Shown: positions 24,259-39,076 of the stretch, piece by piece | How positions within the stretch are numbered: position 1 is the stretch's first letter | Layout: each line of letters opens with the position of its first letter | From: Octopus sinensis | Lineage: Eukaryota | DNA length: 64,000 nucleotides | Direction of reading: 5' to 3' | Assembly: GCF_006345805.1 (NCBI RefSeq) | Contig: NC_043015.1 | Location: 4,030,001-4,094,000, forward strand | Position numbers and translations under genes: made by a program | The notes under the pieces: model-generated | The model's database searches: none | Told to the model about the DNA's origin: nothing | What the model saw: only the letters and a program-made list of their open reading frames with translations

Positions 24259-25701
24259 CTTTTGATATTTAGAATTAAGGTTCCGATTTTCTAAAAATAA
24301 AATCCAGTTCATTTAAATGTTTAAAATATTCAGAAGTCATTCAAAAATGTTTTCCCAAATTTCATATTGGAAATACATCGTGTACATTTGGTATATCTCA
24401 TATTGTTCTATCTAATTATATTAATTTTGTACCATGTATCTATACTTTACTAAATTTCAAAATATCTGCTACTTGGTACTTATTTTACACATTTTAAAAC
24501 CACAAGTGTAACCTTGGATAGAAATCTAATTCAGTATGGCATGAACAATTTTCTTGTGAGATTACCAAATGTTTACTAAACACTTGCCTTTTTGCAATAC
24601 TCATATATATGTAACCTATTATGTGTAACGCTCACCCCTATCTTTCATCTCGATCGTTATAAGCACACTTAGTTACATTTCTCTAGACAACATGGACCGC
24701 GAGGAGCATTGCAAGTCGACAAAACTCTTATGACACACACTTATTGACAGGCACTCGTTCTGTTACACGTGACCTCACAGCGGCAAAGCATCATGTCGAG
24801 ACACACATACATTGGATGCGTGTCTGTTTCGTGTGTGTGTGTGTGTATTCGTGTGTGGGTGCGTGTACATGCTTGTATGAGCACCCGTGCCTGTATCATG
24901 GTGTGTAGGACAATGTCAGCTTTTATTAGCAAGCATGAAAATAACTCATAATATGTGACTGAAAATGATTTCGAAAATTAGTTCTATAAATCAATTCCTT
25001 TTGGCACATGTGAACTTTTATGAATTTCTGGATATATACCTCTCTAATATGACAAAATAACACGTTCTAAATATCAATTTCTCTATAGATAGTATTATTT
25101 GCTTGAATATACCAAAGTTGAAACCAATCATCTATAATAGGAAATCGACTCAGTAATATTAACTCAATAAATTCTGATTATTCATGTTCTTTGAATTCAC
25201 ATTTTTGGCATCACAGTTTGATTTTGCTATCAGGTATAAGATCTTTTATAACTTGTTTTGACATATTGGCAGATGGCCTAAATAACTATATTCTTTATTC
25301 GACTTTCCGATATTTTGTACGATTTTCTATATATTTACTTTGGAAAAAATAATAGACAGACAACGTTCTTTTCGATCAAAGAGTAATTTCAATTTTCCTT
25401 CTGTCAATCCAGTTTAAACATGAAGTGTAAAATATGTATGTATGTATATTTATATTGTCACACAGGCGTGTTTTATTCAAAATGAATGCGTATATGCATA
25501 CATGCATACGTACGTAAATTCATATATAAATGCATATAGTTATAAACGTCTATGTATATATATATATATATATATATTTATGTCTTTAAGTATATTTCAT
25601 ATGTATGACATTAATATATTTACAAACACAAATACGCACACATACACATGTATGTATATGCGTGTTATCATAATGTATATATACGAAAATATTCTATTCA
25701 T

Positions 25702-25738
<37 letters not shown>

Positions 25739-25764
25739 ATATATATATATATATGAGCCAGTTA

Positions 25765-25935
25765 GGCGGCAGTGATCGTTAGGGCGTGGGGCAAAAATGC
25801 ATAGCGACATTTTCGACCCTCTTTACATGTTTGAGTTCTAATTCCGCCGAAGACAAATTTGCGTTTTACTCTTCGATGTCGATAAATTCAGTTGTAATGA
25901 ATCCAATATTTCAGATCCTGTGCCTTCAGTAGAAA
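25765..25935 (+). mobile_element. Degenerate family-1 SINE
   Basis: gagttctaattccgccgaag...tttgcgttttactcttcgatgtcgataa...tgtgccttcagtagaa. Confidence 0.65.
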
Positions 25936-25983
25936 TTATTATTATTATTATTTTTATTATCATCATCATCATCATTATTATTA

Positions 25984-26036
<53 letters not shown>

Positions 26037-26038
<2 letters not shown>

Positions 26039-27231
26039 TAGTTTTATTTTTATAGCGTGCTTTCACTTCACTACCGAGCGCAGCTCTGTGTGCCTTGGGT
26101 ATGTGCTGTGATTTGTTGTGATGCTCTGATGGTTATTGTATGGAAAGTGTTCTGCGTAGGATGTGTGCAGTGCCTAATAGTGCAATTTTCTGTATGTTAT
26201 ATGTGTTTGTAAGTCCTGGTGTTTTTGTTATGTATTTGTCTGAATATTTTTTATCATGCCTAATGCTCCTACTATGATAGGAATTGTTTGTTTTCAGATT
26301 CCACATTCTAGTTACCTCTATTCCAGGTCTTTGTATTTTGAGAGTTTCTCCATTTCATTTAGAGACACGTTGTCATCTGCCGGTATTGATACATCAATTA
26401 GAAAGCATTTTTTTTCTTCATGATCTCTGACAACTATATCTGGTCTGTTGGCCTTAATTCTATCTGTGGTGTATCGGCATATCCCAGAGTATGGTTGCTT
26501 TCTCGTTTTCTGTGACCTTTTCTGTTGTGTGCCTATACCATCTTTTTTCTGTTGTTATTCCATAATGTTGGCATAGCTTCCAATGTATGTAGGTTCCAAC
26601 TCTGTCATGTCTGTGAATATATTCCTTCTTAGCCAGAACTGGGCAGCTAGAGATAATATGATTTATTGTTTCTTGTCCATCTCCACATATTCTGCAGTTA
26701 CTTGTAATATTTCTTTTCATTACATGTTTTTGGTAATTTCTGGTGGGGAGGCTTTGGTCTTGTGCTGCAATTAAAAATCCCTCTGTTTCTGCTTTGAGTC
26801 CTGAGCTTCTCAACCATTGCTGGGATTTGTCTTTGTCTATTTCTTTTGCGTTTAGTTTACTGCAGTATTTACCATGGAGGGGCTTTTCTTGCCATCGTTT
26901 TATCATGGTTCGTTGCTGTTCTATTTTTAGTTTGGATTTCATTTGTTTTATAGCTTTTGTTGTTTCTTCATCATCTTGTTCTTCTTCTTCGTGTTTATTA
27001 GGTGGCATGATTTCTTGTTTGTATTTGTCAGCTTCCTTAAATACTGAGAACAGTTTTTTGTTTTGCTCGTGTTTCACTGCTATCTGGATCAGTTTTCCTT
27101 CCTTCTGAAGTAGGTATTTTTGCAGTCCTATGGTGGTTATTTTATAGTAGTTTTCCAGCTGTATAAGGCCTCTACCACCTTCTATACGTTGTATATATAG
27201 TCTTTCTATGTCAGATTTCTATCTTTCTATC
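26037..27231 (-). mobile_element. 5'-truncated R4/Dong-type non-LTR retrotransposon (zinc knuckle plus restriction-like endonuclease), young copy
   Basis: RLYIQRIEGGRGL; WQEKPLHGKY; ETEGFLIAAQDQSL; CRIC...ETINHIISSC; RHD; NRPDIVV; IIVGALG; stop at 26133-26135; ~95-bp 3' UTR; (TAA)n on both sides; a few 1-bp frameshifts. Confidence 0.92.
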
Positions 27232-27254
27232 TTATTATTATTATTATTTCTATC

Positions 27255-27326
<72 letters not shown>

Positions 27327-27340
27327 TATTTAGTATTATT

Positions 27341-27375
<35 letters not shown>

Positions 27376-27402
27376 CATTATTATTATTATTATTATTATT
27401 AT
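27232..27402. repeat. (ATT/ATC)n microsatellite between the two LINE fragments (another at 25935-26036)
   Basis: Directly visible. Confidence 0.95.
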
Positions 27403-28640
27403 ACACTCAACAACTTTAACATCGGGATACATAAAGCAGCCTTAGATGCCAAGAACCCCCCTAAGTGTTCTAGCTGTCACTAATAACAATGTTTTCTGCA
27501 GCTGTACTAATCTGGGTTTTATGCCAATTTCGTTATCCATCTGTTCGGATATTTAGGGATAGTTCCAATTGCACCTATATCAACGGGAATACAATTTATC
27601 CGCACTTTCAATATTGTCTGCAATTCAATAGCTAGGTCCTGGTACTTTTTTCTATACTTCTTATATTAACTTTTACATCATGTGAGACTGTAAAGTCAAT
27701 ATCTCGCACTTTCTATTCTCTTTATCTACTACTATCAAATCAGGCATTTTATTTTCTCTTACTCTGTCAGTCTGAAAATTAAAATTACCGAACTTCTTGT
27801 ATATCTTACTTTCTAGTACTTTAATAGATTCAGAGCATTTATTAGTATGTTCAAATCCCAGCTAACTGCATTATTTCCAATGGATTGCTCTCCCCAGATT
27901 GTCATGTCTTTTCGTGTATTCTTTCTGTGCCGAGATGCTACATTCACTTACTATATGAGTAACGATTTCCTCTTTGGATATGCATAATCTACATTGGGGA
28001 TCTAATTTTTTCTCTATCTTGGCTTTTATCCAGTTAGTCATAAATGCTTGATCTCGTAAAGCCATTAACATACTCTCTATCACTGTCTTCATCTTTCCTT
28101 CCTGCAGTCATAACTATGACTCAGTAATACTATTCGCTGAAACCATCGTTTGGAATCTACCATGCAACGCCTTCTCCTGCCAGTCAGATCAATTCTGTTT
28201 GCTTTTCTGGATTTAAATCTGATTGGTGTTTTTTTTTTTTTCTCTATGACTTTCTGTGACACTAGCAGCTTTTAATATACTTTCTTCATTATTACCTACA
28301 CATTAGTCTATATCTATGCTAGCTAGGATCCACGCAGTATTCTACGGATTATAATCCTCTTCCACGTTCCATTCTATGGAAGGTCTAATCTTGCTACCCC
28401 TATTCTTGGGTGGAGCCTTCCAGTCATATTGAATTCCTTCCTAGGTCTTCTGTCTAGCTTCGCTAACTCAGTTTTTCTGTGGCTTACAAAACCTGCTGTG
28501 TCTAAGTAATGATATTCTCCAAGTGTTTACAGAGTTCACTAGATTCAGATCATTTAACTTTGACTTTATTAGGTTCCACACCCATCTGATGTACTCCTTC
28601 TCAATTCTCGTTATCGTTTCTGTAGTCAAATTCTAGTATT
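27403..28640 (-). mobile_element. Older, divergent R4/Dong-type LINE 3' fragment
   Basis: KSKLN; WQEKALHGRF; MALRDQAFMTNWIKAKIEK..CRLC..EIVTHIVSEC..AQKEYTKRHDNLGRAIHW; MPDLIVVDKE; many stops and frameshifts; 3' end runs into (TAA)n. Confidence 0.88.
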
Positions 28641-29864
28641 CCTAGATACTTATAACTCTCTCTTTCGGAAACATTTGGTTAGGAAGCAAGCTTTTTACCA
28701 CACTTCCACAACTGCGTCTATGTGTAAAATCATATGAAATAAAATTCAGTAATAGAAGATTAAATGAAAAATGATTGGATGAATACGAGGAAAAAATAAA
28801 AAGAATGACGTAGAAGTGCAAAAAAAGACCAGTACACATATACAATGATGATGCATATAGTGTTGAAGATTCTATCGGTCAAATTGTAAAACTACGAAAA
28901 CATTTCTATGAATGGTTACTAAGGGTGCAACGAATCAGTGAATCATATGGCAATTTTCATACGGAAATAAAATGAAAACAACGCACTGGTAATAGAAAGT
29001 AGGACAAAACATTGGCTTATAAACTCTAGAAAGAGTTGGTTCTATTTAAGGCTATGGAACGAAATACGGTGTCCTTAACAGCTATTAGTTTGAACGTACC
29101 ATTTGCCAGGAATGTGTCCAATATATAAATAGCTGTATCCAGTTATGTTACACCGCTACATTTTTTGCCTATTTAGACAATATATTTGTGGATAGTTAAT
29201 GGATTGCATGGGGTGCTGAAACTGGAGCATCACTCCTGGAATATTCATATGCAACATTCCTATCTTCGAATACATTGTGTACATCGACGTATTAGTATAC
29301 GAAACGTTATAACATGCAGTGTTGGTTTCTAAATTTCATAGGAAATTAGTAGAGATATGCTTATAAAATGAATACCCTATTTCATTCCGAATATACCATC
29401 TACGTGTTCTCTATATGTTCTTAGCAGCTCCTTCGGTTTCAATCTAATATGTTTATCACAACTACGTATTTTACGTATGTGTTTAGGCGTTTAATAAGAA
29501 TTTCGGATACATAAATTCTTAATCTGCGTAGGACAATATGAGGTAAAGCTATGATTTAGGCACCAGAAATATTATTACTGAGCCAGTCCTACCGTCCGTA
29601 TAAGTAATATAGTTCAAATTAGATACATTCAAAAGGAATGCTACGTGGCTGCATGGTTCCTGTATATATTTTGAAATATTCATTAACTTTCCTTCTTTTT
29701 ATAGAAAAGGATGAATAGCTAAATACACCGATATATATGTAAAGAAAAGAAATAAATAGAAACCCTCCGAATGAACTCACCTAATTTACTTTGTATCGCC
29801 AATATGTATGTTTTGTTGTCCCTTTTTTGTCCCACTTTGTATATCACACAGACAGGCACACCAC

Positions 29865-29910
<46 letters not shown>

Positions 29911-31359
29911 CCGCGTACGTACTCTTTGGTCTCTTATATGTAAGTATATATTTATCTAAATCTTGTATGACACTACTCCTTCTTTCTATCAGCCCTTTAA
30001 CGCATATTCATTCCTTCAACTCTTGCTTCTTTTTTTCCAAAACTTAAGCTTATTGGGATATGCTCCTTTTTTCCTTAATTTTTTTTACAAATATATACAT
30101 GCATAATTCACTAATGCAGTAAAGTGTAAACTGCATTTAAATTTTACTTGACGGTTACTCTTGTTTAATTCTAACATGAGGAAAGAAAAGAGCAACAATT
30201 GTCTTGGCTATTCCTTCAGAATTCTGATATACTTTTTACCCGATATATATATATTGAAAGGTCTGGTAACAGTTGTATGCATATGTTTTTCACTTGCATT
30301 ATACCTCATTTCGTATGGAGCTTTGAATCAGGGCGGTATTACATTGTACCTTCTTTTTTTTCCTTTCTTATTTAAAGTGATATTATTATATGATTTATAC
30401 GAATTCCTATCTATTTTCCATTTAATATGTCTGTTTTCTGTTTCTCTTTTTCCCTGAATATTTACCAATATCTTCCCTCTGGCAGTTACAACAGCATTAT
30501 CTAACCGCAACTGTCAATTATGAAAGACAATCTGGCTGCTAAGAGCTCACGTTTGAATTATTTAGCTTCGTCCTACGAACAATAAAATAATGCTCTTCTT
30601 GGCACAGTGATAAAAATCACAGAACAATACTATTAGCATAACATGCTGTAGCGTGGTATAATTTACAAACCTAATTTTCTGTCGAGAAAATAATATTATG
30701 GACGCATGTTAAGTAGGGTTGTCAATAATATATGCAGTGAATATACGGCAGCAGTCATTTTAGATATATTTCCTTTTCAACGTCTTGCACATTATATAAA
30801 CGTAGAAACTGTACAAGTAGCAATTTGTTTCACTTCTCTGTAACTTTTCTGTAACTTTTTTCTATATGTTTTATTGTAGAATCAATTGTGATTCATAGAT
30901 ATATATTTTCAATATATTAATCGTTTTACGGTTGTTTAAGCCGGGTAATTTGTTTCCAATCAGTACTTTATTTTACATATATTAAAATTAAAAAAATAAT
31001 ACAGAAACGTATTCAATTAATTGAAATGTAGTCAATAACATCCACACCAGATTTTTATAAGTAACAATTTACGAAACTTTAAAAAATACCCGAAAACACC
31101 AATAGGTGAAATATCGATACCCATTGTCTCAACATAACAATTTCTTCTCTACTAGTATAAACTATGGTCTCCATTACGTATATATACATTTTTGTCCGTA
31201 GTACATAATAAATGCATGAAGGTTTGTGTATTAATACGTGTGGCAAACTTATTGCATGTCTATTAATCTCTCTCTCTCTATATATATATATAGGTATTTC
31301 CCTATCAATCTATATTGCTGTTTGCCTCTCTACTTATCTATGTCAGTCTCGCTAGCTAT

Positions 31360-31398
31360 ATATCTATCTATCCATCTATCCATCCAGCCATCCAGCCC

Positions 31399-31441
<43 letters not shown>

Positions 31442-31603
31442 CTATATCTATCTATCTATCTATCTATCTACCTATCTACTTATATATCTATCTATCCATT
31501 CATCCATCCCTCTATCCTTTTATCTATCTGTTTATCTATCTATCTATCTATCTAACTAACCGTCTGTCATTTACTCTAAATACATACACACACACCACAC
31601 ACA

Positions 31604-31680
<77 letters not shown>
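31360..31680. repeat. (TCTA)n followed by (TA)n microsatellites
   Basis: Directly visible. Confidence 0.95.
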
Positions 31681-31682
<2 letters not shown>

Positions 31683-32117
31683 TTCCTCCATTTTCGGTGT
31701 ATTTATATATTCATTTATTCTATAAAATTATGAACTGTCTATGAATATCCGAAAAGTGTCTGTATGTAAATCCGACAGCGACGAAATATACAGATTTCAA
31801 AATAGTATTTAAATTGAACGGGAACAATATTACCTATAAGGATGTCAGATCTGACGCATAATAATATGTCTGATGCTTAAATCTTAGCACCCAATGTCCT
31901 ACGATGACTATTAAGAATTGATGTATTCCACATTTTCCATAAACATGTTAAGATGATTCATAATTTAGTAGAATTTAACCAAAATGATTGTTTGTGTCAT
32001 ATACACAAAACTTGGACAAAATGTTCTGGATAAAATCATAGGCAGAATGTGTAAACCCAGCCACTTAGAAAATGTTTTCTGGAAAATATTTTGTATAGTT
32101 CTCAACTTATCAAATTT

Positions 32118-32202
<85 letters not shown>

Positions 32203-32498
32203 ACTTCTACTACTACTCCTGTGCTACTGCTGCTGCTGCTACCGCTACTACTACTTGTGCTAATAATAGTTACAATTTATAATAATCTTTTGTATCATAG
32301 GTACAAAATATTAAATTTGTGGGAACTAATTGATTACCTTGACCTTAGTACTCAACTTTGTACTTTATTTAACGATCCCAAAAGGAAGAAAGGCAAACTA
32401 TGTCTGTGCAGAATTTGGACTGGGAGTGTGAAAACAGACGAAATAACGATAAGCATTTGGGCTGGCGTCCAAACAATGCTGTCAGTTCGCCACTTTGA

Positions 32499-32539
<41 letters not shown>

Positions 32540-32543
32540 ATAC

Positions 32544-32585
<42 letters not shown>

Positions 32586-32608
32586 TAATGATGATGATGA
32601 TGATAATA
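32118..32608. repeat. (CTA)n/(CTG)n/(AAT)n triplet tracts flanking a degenerate minus-strand family-1 SINE (~32295-32495)
   Basis: Triplet runs are visible; cccaaaaggaagaaaggcaaac...agaatttggactgggag...gacgaaata resembles 7630-7705. Confidence 0.75.
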
Positions 32609-33299
32609 GTCTTATGTTTGATCCCTCTTAATTTAGTATTGAAGAAGGCAAATGCAAACTATCAGAAATAGTAATGGAAAAATTAACAATTTGTTCTACC
32701 TGGATTATCTGAAGCTTTTTAGTAAGACTTAAAAAGCGATTCATGAATGTAAAGCTATGCATTGGCCATGTTCTTGTTTTCAAGCATTCCCTAAAGCATT
32801 AGCCTTTCTCCATCCCCCCAGATTTAATGGAATCATTTTCTTGAATGGATGTGACTATGATTTGGCTCGAGGTTTCGTTGCTTGTTGGTACTAAAACATC
32901 GTCTTCTCTGCTTTATACTGATGTTAAGACACTATTACTGGCGATGCAGTAAAGAAATCTATGTGAGAGATGGAATACTCTGGTTTGCAGCGAGGAATCT
33001 GACGCTGATACAGAAACCCTGCTGTTGTCCTTTTTGTTCACATACGTGACACGCATGCACTAACATTTTGTAGCTTAATTTTTGTGGGCGACTTCAAAAG
33101 ACATTTTAACATACACAAAGATAAGAACTTAACTGCTGCTCTTGGTGGTCCAAATCAGATAGGAAATTTGCGTGGGTGTCTTTTCAATACGTTGTATGTT
33201 TTAAAAAGCCATATTCTGACGCCATGATGAATCTACGATGTAGGTAAAAACGGTGTTCCGACTGTGTATAAGGAGTAAACAAGCACCATATATGATTAA

Positions 33300-33301
33300 T
33301 A

Positions 33302-33351
<50 letters not shown>

Positions 33352-33357
33352 ATATAT

Positions 33358-33405
<48 letters not shown>

Positions 33406-33423
33406 ATATATATATATATGTTT

Positions 33424-33479
<56 letters not shown>

Positions 33480-33501
33480 TAATATATATATATAATATAT
33501 T

Positions 33502-33552
<51 letters not shown>

Positions 33553-33603
33553 TATAATATAATAATATATATATATAATATATATATATATATATTATAA
33601 TAT

Positions 33604-33663
<60 letters not shown>
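33300..33663. repeat. Long (TA)n microsatellite
   Basis: Directly visible. Confidence 0.95.
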
Positions 33664-33664
<1 letters not shown>

Positions 33665-34325
33665 GTGACAGAGACTGAAAGAGAGAGAAAAGGGGAGGAA
33701 GGGTGATGGAGAAAGGGAAAGAGGAGGAGAGAATGAGTGATTGAAAAGGAGATAGGTACATAGATAGATAGATAGATATCCATATATATTCACAAACCTA
33801 AATTACTGTTTCACCAGCTCAAATTCATCTTTACTAATTTGTATCAAGTAAATATATATTGCTATCAGAAGAGATAAATGTCGATGTGTTAGTGAAAACC
33901 GTATAATGAAAGCATTATGTGGAAATTGACACGAAATAAAACCAAATATTGGTATCAAAAGGTTAATCGTTGTTTTGGAAATCTAATAGTTTGCTCTCGT
34001 TCAAAATGCTTCAAACACCATTCACTTAGTAATATTCTTTTTACTTACAACATCACAGCTGCAGACATCCCCTCCAATTTTTACGAGAGATATTCATTCT
34101 GTAGTGTTTCCTCAATACCGTTTCTACAAGTCCAACTTCATCTTCAAAACAGCTTGTGTCTTTTATGATAATTTTTTGTAAGTAGACACGACCGAAAATG
34201 TATGCGTATAGCAATAACTATGGAAAATCTGTCACATTTCATCTCATGCTGCTTCAGAATAAATTCCCAAGTACCAAAAAATAAAAGCAGTGAAAATAAT
34301 TATGCTATTGTCATTATAATTTTTC

Positions 34326-34327
<2 letters not shown>

Positions 34328-34362
<35 letters not shown>

Positions 34363-34388
34363 CATTATTATTATTATCATTATTATTA

Positions 34389-34440
<52 letters not shown>

Positions 34441-34619
34441 CATTACTATTATTGTTATTGCTGTCGTCATTGTTTTCCCGTTTTCTTTCTTTCTTCTTTT
34501 TCTTGCACTTGTTATTGTTGTTGTTGTTTTTTTCTTCTTCTTCTTCTTCTTCTTCTTAATACCTTAATATTATTATCATCATCATCATTATTATTATTAT
34601 TATTATTATATCATTATTA

Positions 34620-34700
<81 letters not shown>
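34328..34700. repeat. (ATT)n/(GTT)n/(CTT)n compound microsatellite
   Basis: Directly visible. Confidence 0.95.
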
Positions 34701-34703
<3 letters not shown>

Positions 34704-34899
34704 AGCATTATGGAGAATAACAACGTTTAACATAACTTTGGTGACAAACGCCAGCTACATACTGGATGAACGTTAGGTTTTCTGATGCCTCAATGAATTT
34801 CTTTCATTTAGATCTACAGTTTTGCATACGGGCATTTCACTATGGATAGTGTAGTTTATGAAGGAATATCACAATTCCAATAAACGTCGTTAACATATA

Positions 34900-35284
34900 T
34901 CTTTATATATAAAAGTCAAGTTGTGTGTCTGTCTCCTACGATTTAGATTCCTAACTACTCTCACATTTTGCGGTGCAGTTTAACCAAAACCGGGTATCTT
35001 ATAGTTGTGATTCATATCAAGCTCTTCTGGGTATTAGCGCGCGTCTATACTTTAAAAGAAAAATTACCACCATTTTTTTCCATTTTAATGCATTTTTTCG
35101 CTATTATATAAGGGAAGTAACTCTCTAAAAATGTCTACGATGGGTCAACGATTTAAAAAGAAAAATACCATCATTTTTTTCCATTTTTAATGCATTTTTT
35201 GCTATTTTTGGGCTATAACTCTCTAAAAATGCTTATATAGTTATTTCCGTTACAAACCCGGGCAACGCCGGGCGATACTGCTAG
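34900..35284 (+). mobile_element. Complete non-autonomous Helitron
   Basis: 5' TC (tctttatatataaa), subterminal hairpin CCCGG-gcaacg-CCGGG at 35257-35272, 3' CTAG, inserted between A and T with no TSD; internal ~100-bp tandem duplication (35051-35135 vs 35151-35231). Confidence 0.85.
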
Positions 35285-35692
35285 TGTTCAATAATTGTTG
35301 ATTTGGACATAAGTAACAAGAAACGTCTAAACTGAAAATTATGTGAGACAACGCTTGCGCTAATTTCCAGATTTGCATAAACCATATTATGTAATCCCGT
35401 GTAGCACTCTCTTTGATTTATCCAGCAGCTAAATGTCGATCCGTTAAGTAAAGACTGAGCCCAATTGTTGAATATTACATGTATTCTAGGAGGGATATAA
35501 GGAAGTTACGTAGATGCACACTCTATTTAACCGCGTTCCTGTCCATCCACTGCACATTTTTGTCCCTCTAATTTTCGAAGCCTCATTTATTGCCTTATAT
35601 CTAGAATGAATCATGATAATGCCTGTATTTTATCATCATACAGTTATATATATATATATATATATATATAAATATATACATATATATATATA

Positions 35693-35767
<75 letters not shown>

Positions 35768-37502
35768 TATGACCAGGAATGCTATCAGTTGTACTTCATT
35801 GACCTTCAACTACAATTACACAGTGAGTGACTTTATAACAAAAGTCATAAAAACATATCAAAAAATATAGTGACGGAATCGTTTTCAATAAAGTAAATCA
35901 AATATTTTATTCCTCACATACATCCAAAGACCATATGCGATTTATATAGGAACATACAAATATATAGTATCACTTTGTAAATTTCGAATACCTTTCCAAG
36001 TTTTAATGCTATTGCTTCACTACCAGATATTGTAGCTCATACTCCTATTATATGAATTGAAAGCTGTACACTCAAATACCTAACCGATATCGCGAATTTC
36101 TAATTCATGTAAAGCAATATAAATGTTTCCTTTTAGTATTTAACTGTTGTGGGAAGAAAATCATCACAAGTGTGTTTACTTTAATACAGAAATACACACT
36201 ATGTCTAGAATGTTATCTTTCAAGTTTATTCTGTCTAGAGACAGACGTACTGATCGCCTCGATATATTTCTAAAAATATTCCTAGCGGTTTTAACTAGTG
36301 GCTTTAGAGATAAATCTCGATTGTAACATCAACTTAATCATGTTTTCCTTAAGAGACGAGGATATAATATGACGATTATTTAGTTACTGCTTATAGACGT
36401 GTTTATAACAATATTAGTCGTATATCATTCATTCATACCGTCTATGATGGCGAATTCGGTTTGTAGCGTAAACTGTAGGTTTCAGCTTTGTCATTCGCAA
36501 GTTTCATTTTATATATTTTTAGAGAAAAGAACGACATGGGTATTCTATTGTGTTCTGATTCGAAATCTACATCAACTTCGAAAGCAAATTAAAACCACAG
36601 ACATACGAAACTGACTAGATTTGAATTAATTTTAAACCATGCCCATTAAGTTCCACTACAAACCTATATCGAAGATTTCGCCGCCTTTCATAATATTTCA
36701 AAGGTATAGGAAAAACAATTATATTGTATACTCACACACTAGTAAATATAATTTAATGCTCCTCCATATACAAGCTACAATGAAAACATTCTACAAAAGT
36801 CATCTGAATTGCCGTACATGTTGGCAGACGTCTCCTGATTGGCATTTTCTCCCTCTCGCAATACATACCCAGCTTTGCTTTTGAAACAATTCGCGAGAGG
36901 ATCTATTTTATGAAGCAATTATACATTAAACTAGGGCATTAATTGATTTACTTGCCTTAATTTTGCTTTGTATAAGGTTTTCGAATCTTAATACTTTTTG
37001 GACTCCTGATTTACATTATTATACTACGTAAAATACAAATCATTTAGTTAGTGACACATCAAACGGCCAAAAGTACAAAGTAGGTCATCTGAGTATTTGC
37101 TTGCCTAATTGGGTAATGATTCACAAAGCAGGTTGAGTTGCACTGGAAATGAGTTTGGTTGCCTCATACGTTTTTTCTGAAGACTGCTCATTAGAAATTG
37201 AAATGATTTGTAACTAGATACCATATCACTTTCTCAATAGCCCGGTGGCATAGACTGAATGACAAAGAGGGAGAGAGAGCACGTGAGTGTGTGCTTACAT
37301 CCTTAGGTATTAGACAATGAGACTTATAAACTTCAAGTTTCCTTATTTTATAGATACTTAAACTGTGTCGCGTATAACACAATTATTGAAATATTAATGG
37401 TAATGCTATTATATCCAGACGGAAGGGCTTCCCAGTAAAAGCAGCATATATATCAAGTATAAGCCATGCCGTTCATAACTTTAAATGGTAGTTGCTAGAT
37501 GT

Positions 37503-37830
37503 TTTCTTCTTCTTCTTCTTCTTCTTCTTCTTCTTCTTCTTCTTCTTCTTCTACTTCTTCTTTTCTTCTTCATCATCCATCTTCTTCTTCTTCCATCTTC
37601 TACTTCTTCATCCATCTTCTACTTCTTCTTCTTCATCAATACTCTTCTACTTCTTCATTATCCATCTTCTTCTACCTCTTCTTCTATTCTTCTTCTTCTT
37701 CATCATACATCTTCTACTTCTTCACCATCCATCCTCTTCTACTTCTTCTTCTTCTTCTCCTCCTCTTCCCCTCCTTCTCGTCATCGCTCTCCTCCTCCTC
37801 CTCCTCCAATTAAACATCATCGTCATCATC
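37503..37830. repeat. (CTT)n/(CAT)n/(CCT)n degenerate triplet tract
   Basis: Directly visible. Confidence 0.95.
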
Positions 37831-39042
37831 ATTCGCTTTACTATGCGTTATGGCTTTTCGCAGTCTTGCGATGCGATTCTTGATATTCAGCTCATTTATT
37901 ACAAAAGTTATACTCTTTTTTATATACATTCCTCTCATCAGTTTATAAAATAAAGATAAAATTGTTGTATATCTAAGTATAACTTCCGTTTTCTAAACTT
38001 GCAGCCAGATATGCTAATATCTCCTGGCTTTTCAATTTTTACTCTCTTATTAAATGAATAAAATTTGCCTTAAGATGAAACTCTTCATGAATAATTTTGT
38101 ATTACTCGTCTTACTGTTTGATGTTTCCATGCCATCTTTTGTCCTGTTTACTATTCCAGCTATTTAACTTAGGTTAGGAAGAGATTCCCATCATGTCAAT
38201 ACATTCATGAAACTTAACTTAGTATGTCAATTCAATAGTTAATCATCTAACTATTCCGTTTTAAATTTGCCTGAATTTTGCTATGCAGTTTGGTTCAGAT
38301 ACAAATATGCATTGAAATTGCATGCGAAAAATATTACATTCCGATAACATTATTACTCTAACATAAGTATTTCTGCCAGTTCACGTTTAACGGAGAGCAT
38401 TGTAATCCTCCAAACTCTATACATCTTTATTATCTTAAGTTGCGAATATATACATATGTACATGTATACATATACATATAATTTTACATAGGTGCGACAT
38501 TGTTAATTTTCAAGAGAAGACAAACAAATGATTTGAGTCTAATTAGAGATAAAATTAAATGATTCCAAGCAAGTCTTAGAAAATTAATCAGGACTCCTAA
38601 AGACAGAAACATAGACTATACTATCAATTAATAATTAATTTGTACTACAAAAAATACAGGCCTGGAAATAATAAATGTGTGTTACGTTTCGGAGAATTTT
38701 TACCAATTTTTTACATCTATATGTAATGTAAAAATTCTGGAAAGGAACAAGCTTTGAGATGCTTGCACATATGAAAATTTACATTTGCCCAGGATAAATA
38801 TTTGATAAATATTTAAACGACAGATCGTTTTGAAATAATGGACTATAAGTGATTATCCAATAAAGAATTGAAATGGAGACGAATCACCTCTAAAGTAACG
38901 AATAACTCAGGGTAGATAGACCAACAATTTAAACAGTTAAATGAAAGTTTATTATGTAAAGGCGCTTAAGAAAATGCACCGGGTAGCAACTGCAACGGTT
39001 AATAATCGGTGCAGTTACAAAGTACATTTGTGTATGTAGAGC

Positions 39043-39076
<34 letters not shown>

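Noticed and set aside
33070-33110. LIFVGDFK resembling the APE endonuclease GDFN motif
   Set aside because: Single short motif with no supporting flanking motifs in frame.
38987-39017. Hairpin aactgca..cggtta/taatcg..tgcagtt
   Set aside because: Short and imperfect, with no ribozyme core or element boundary I could define.
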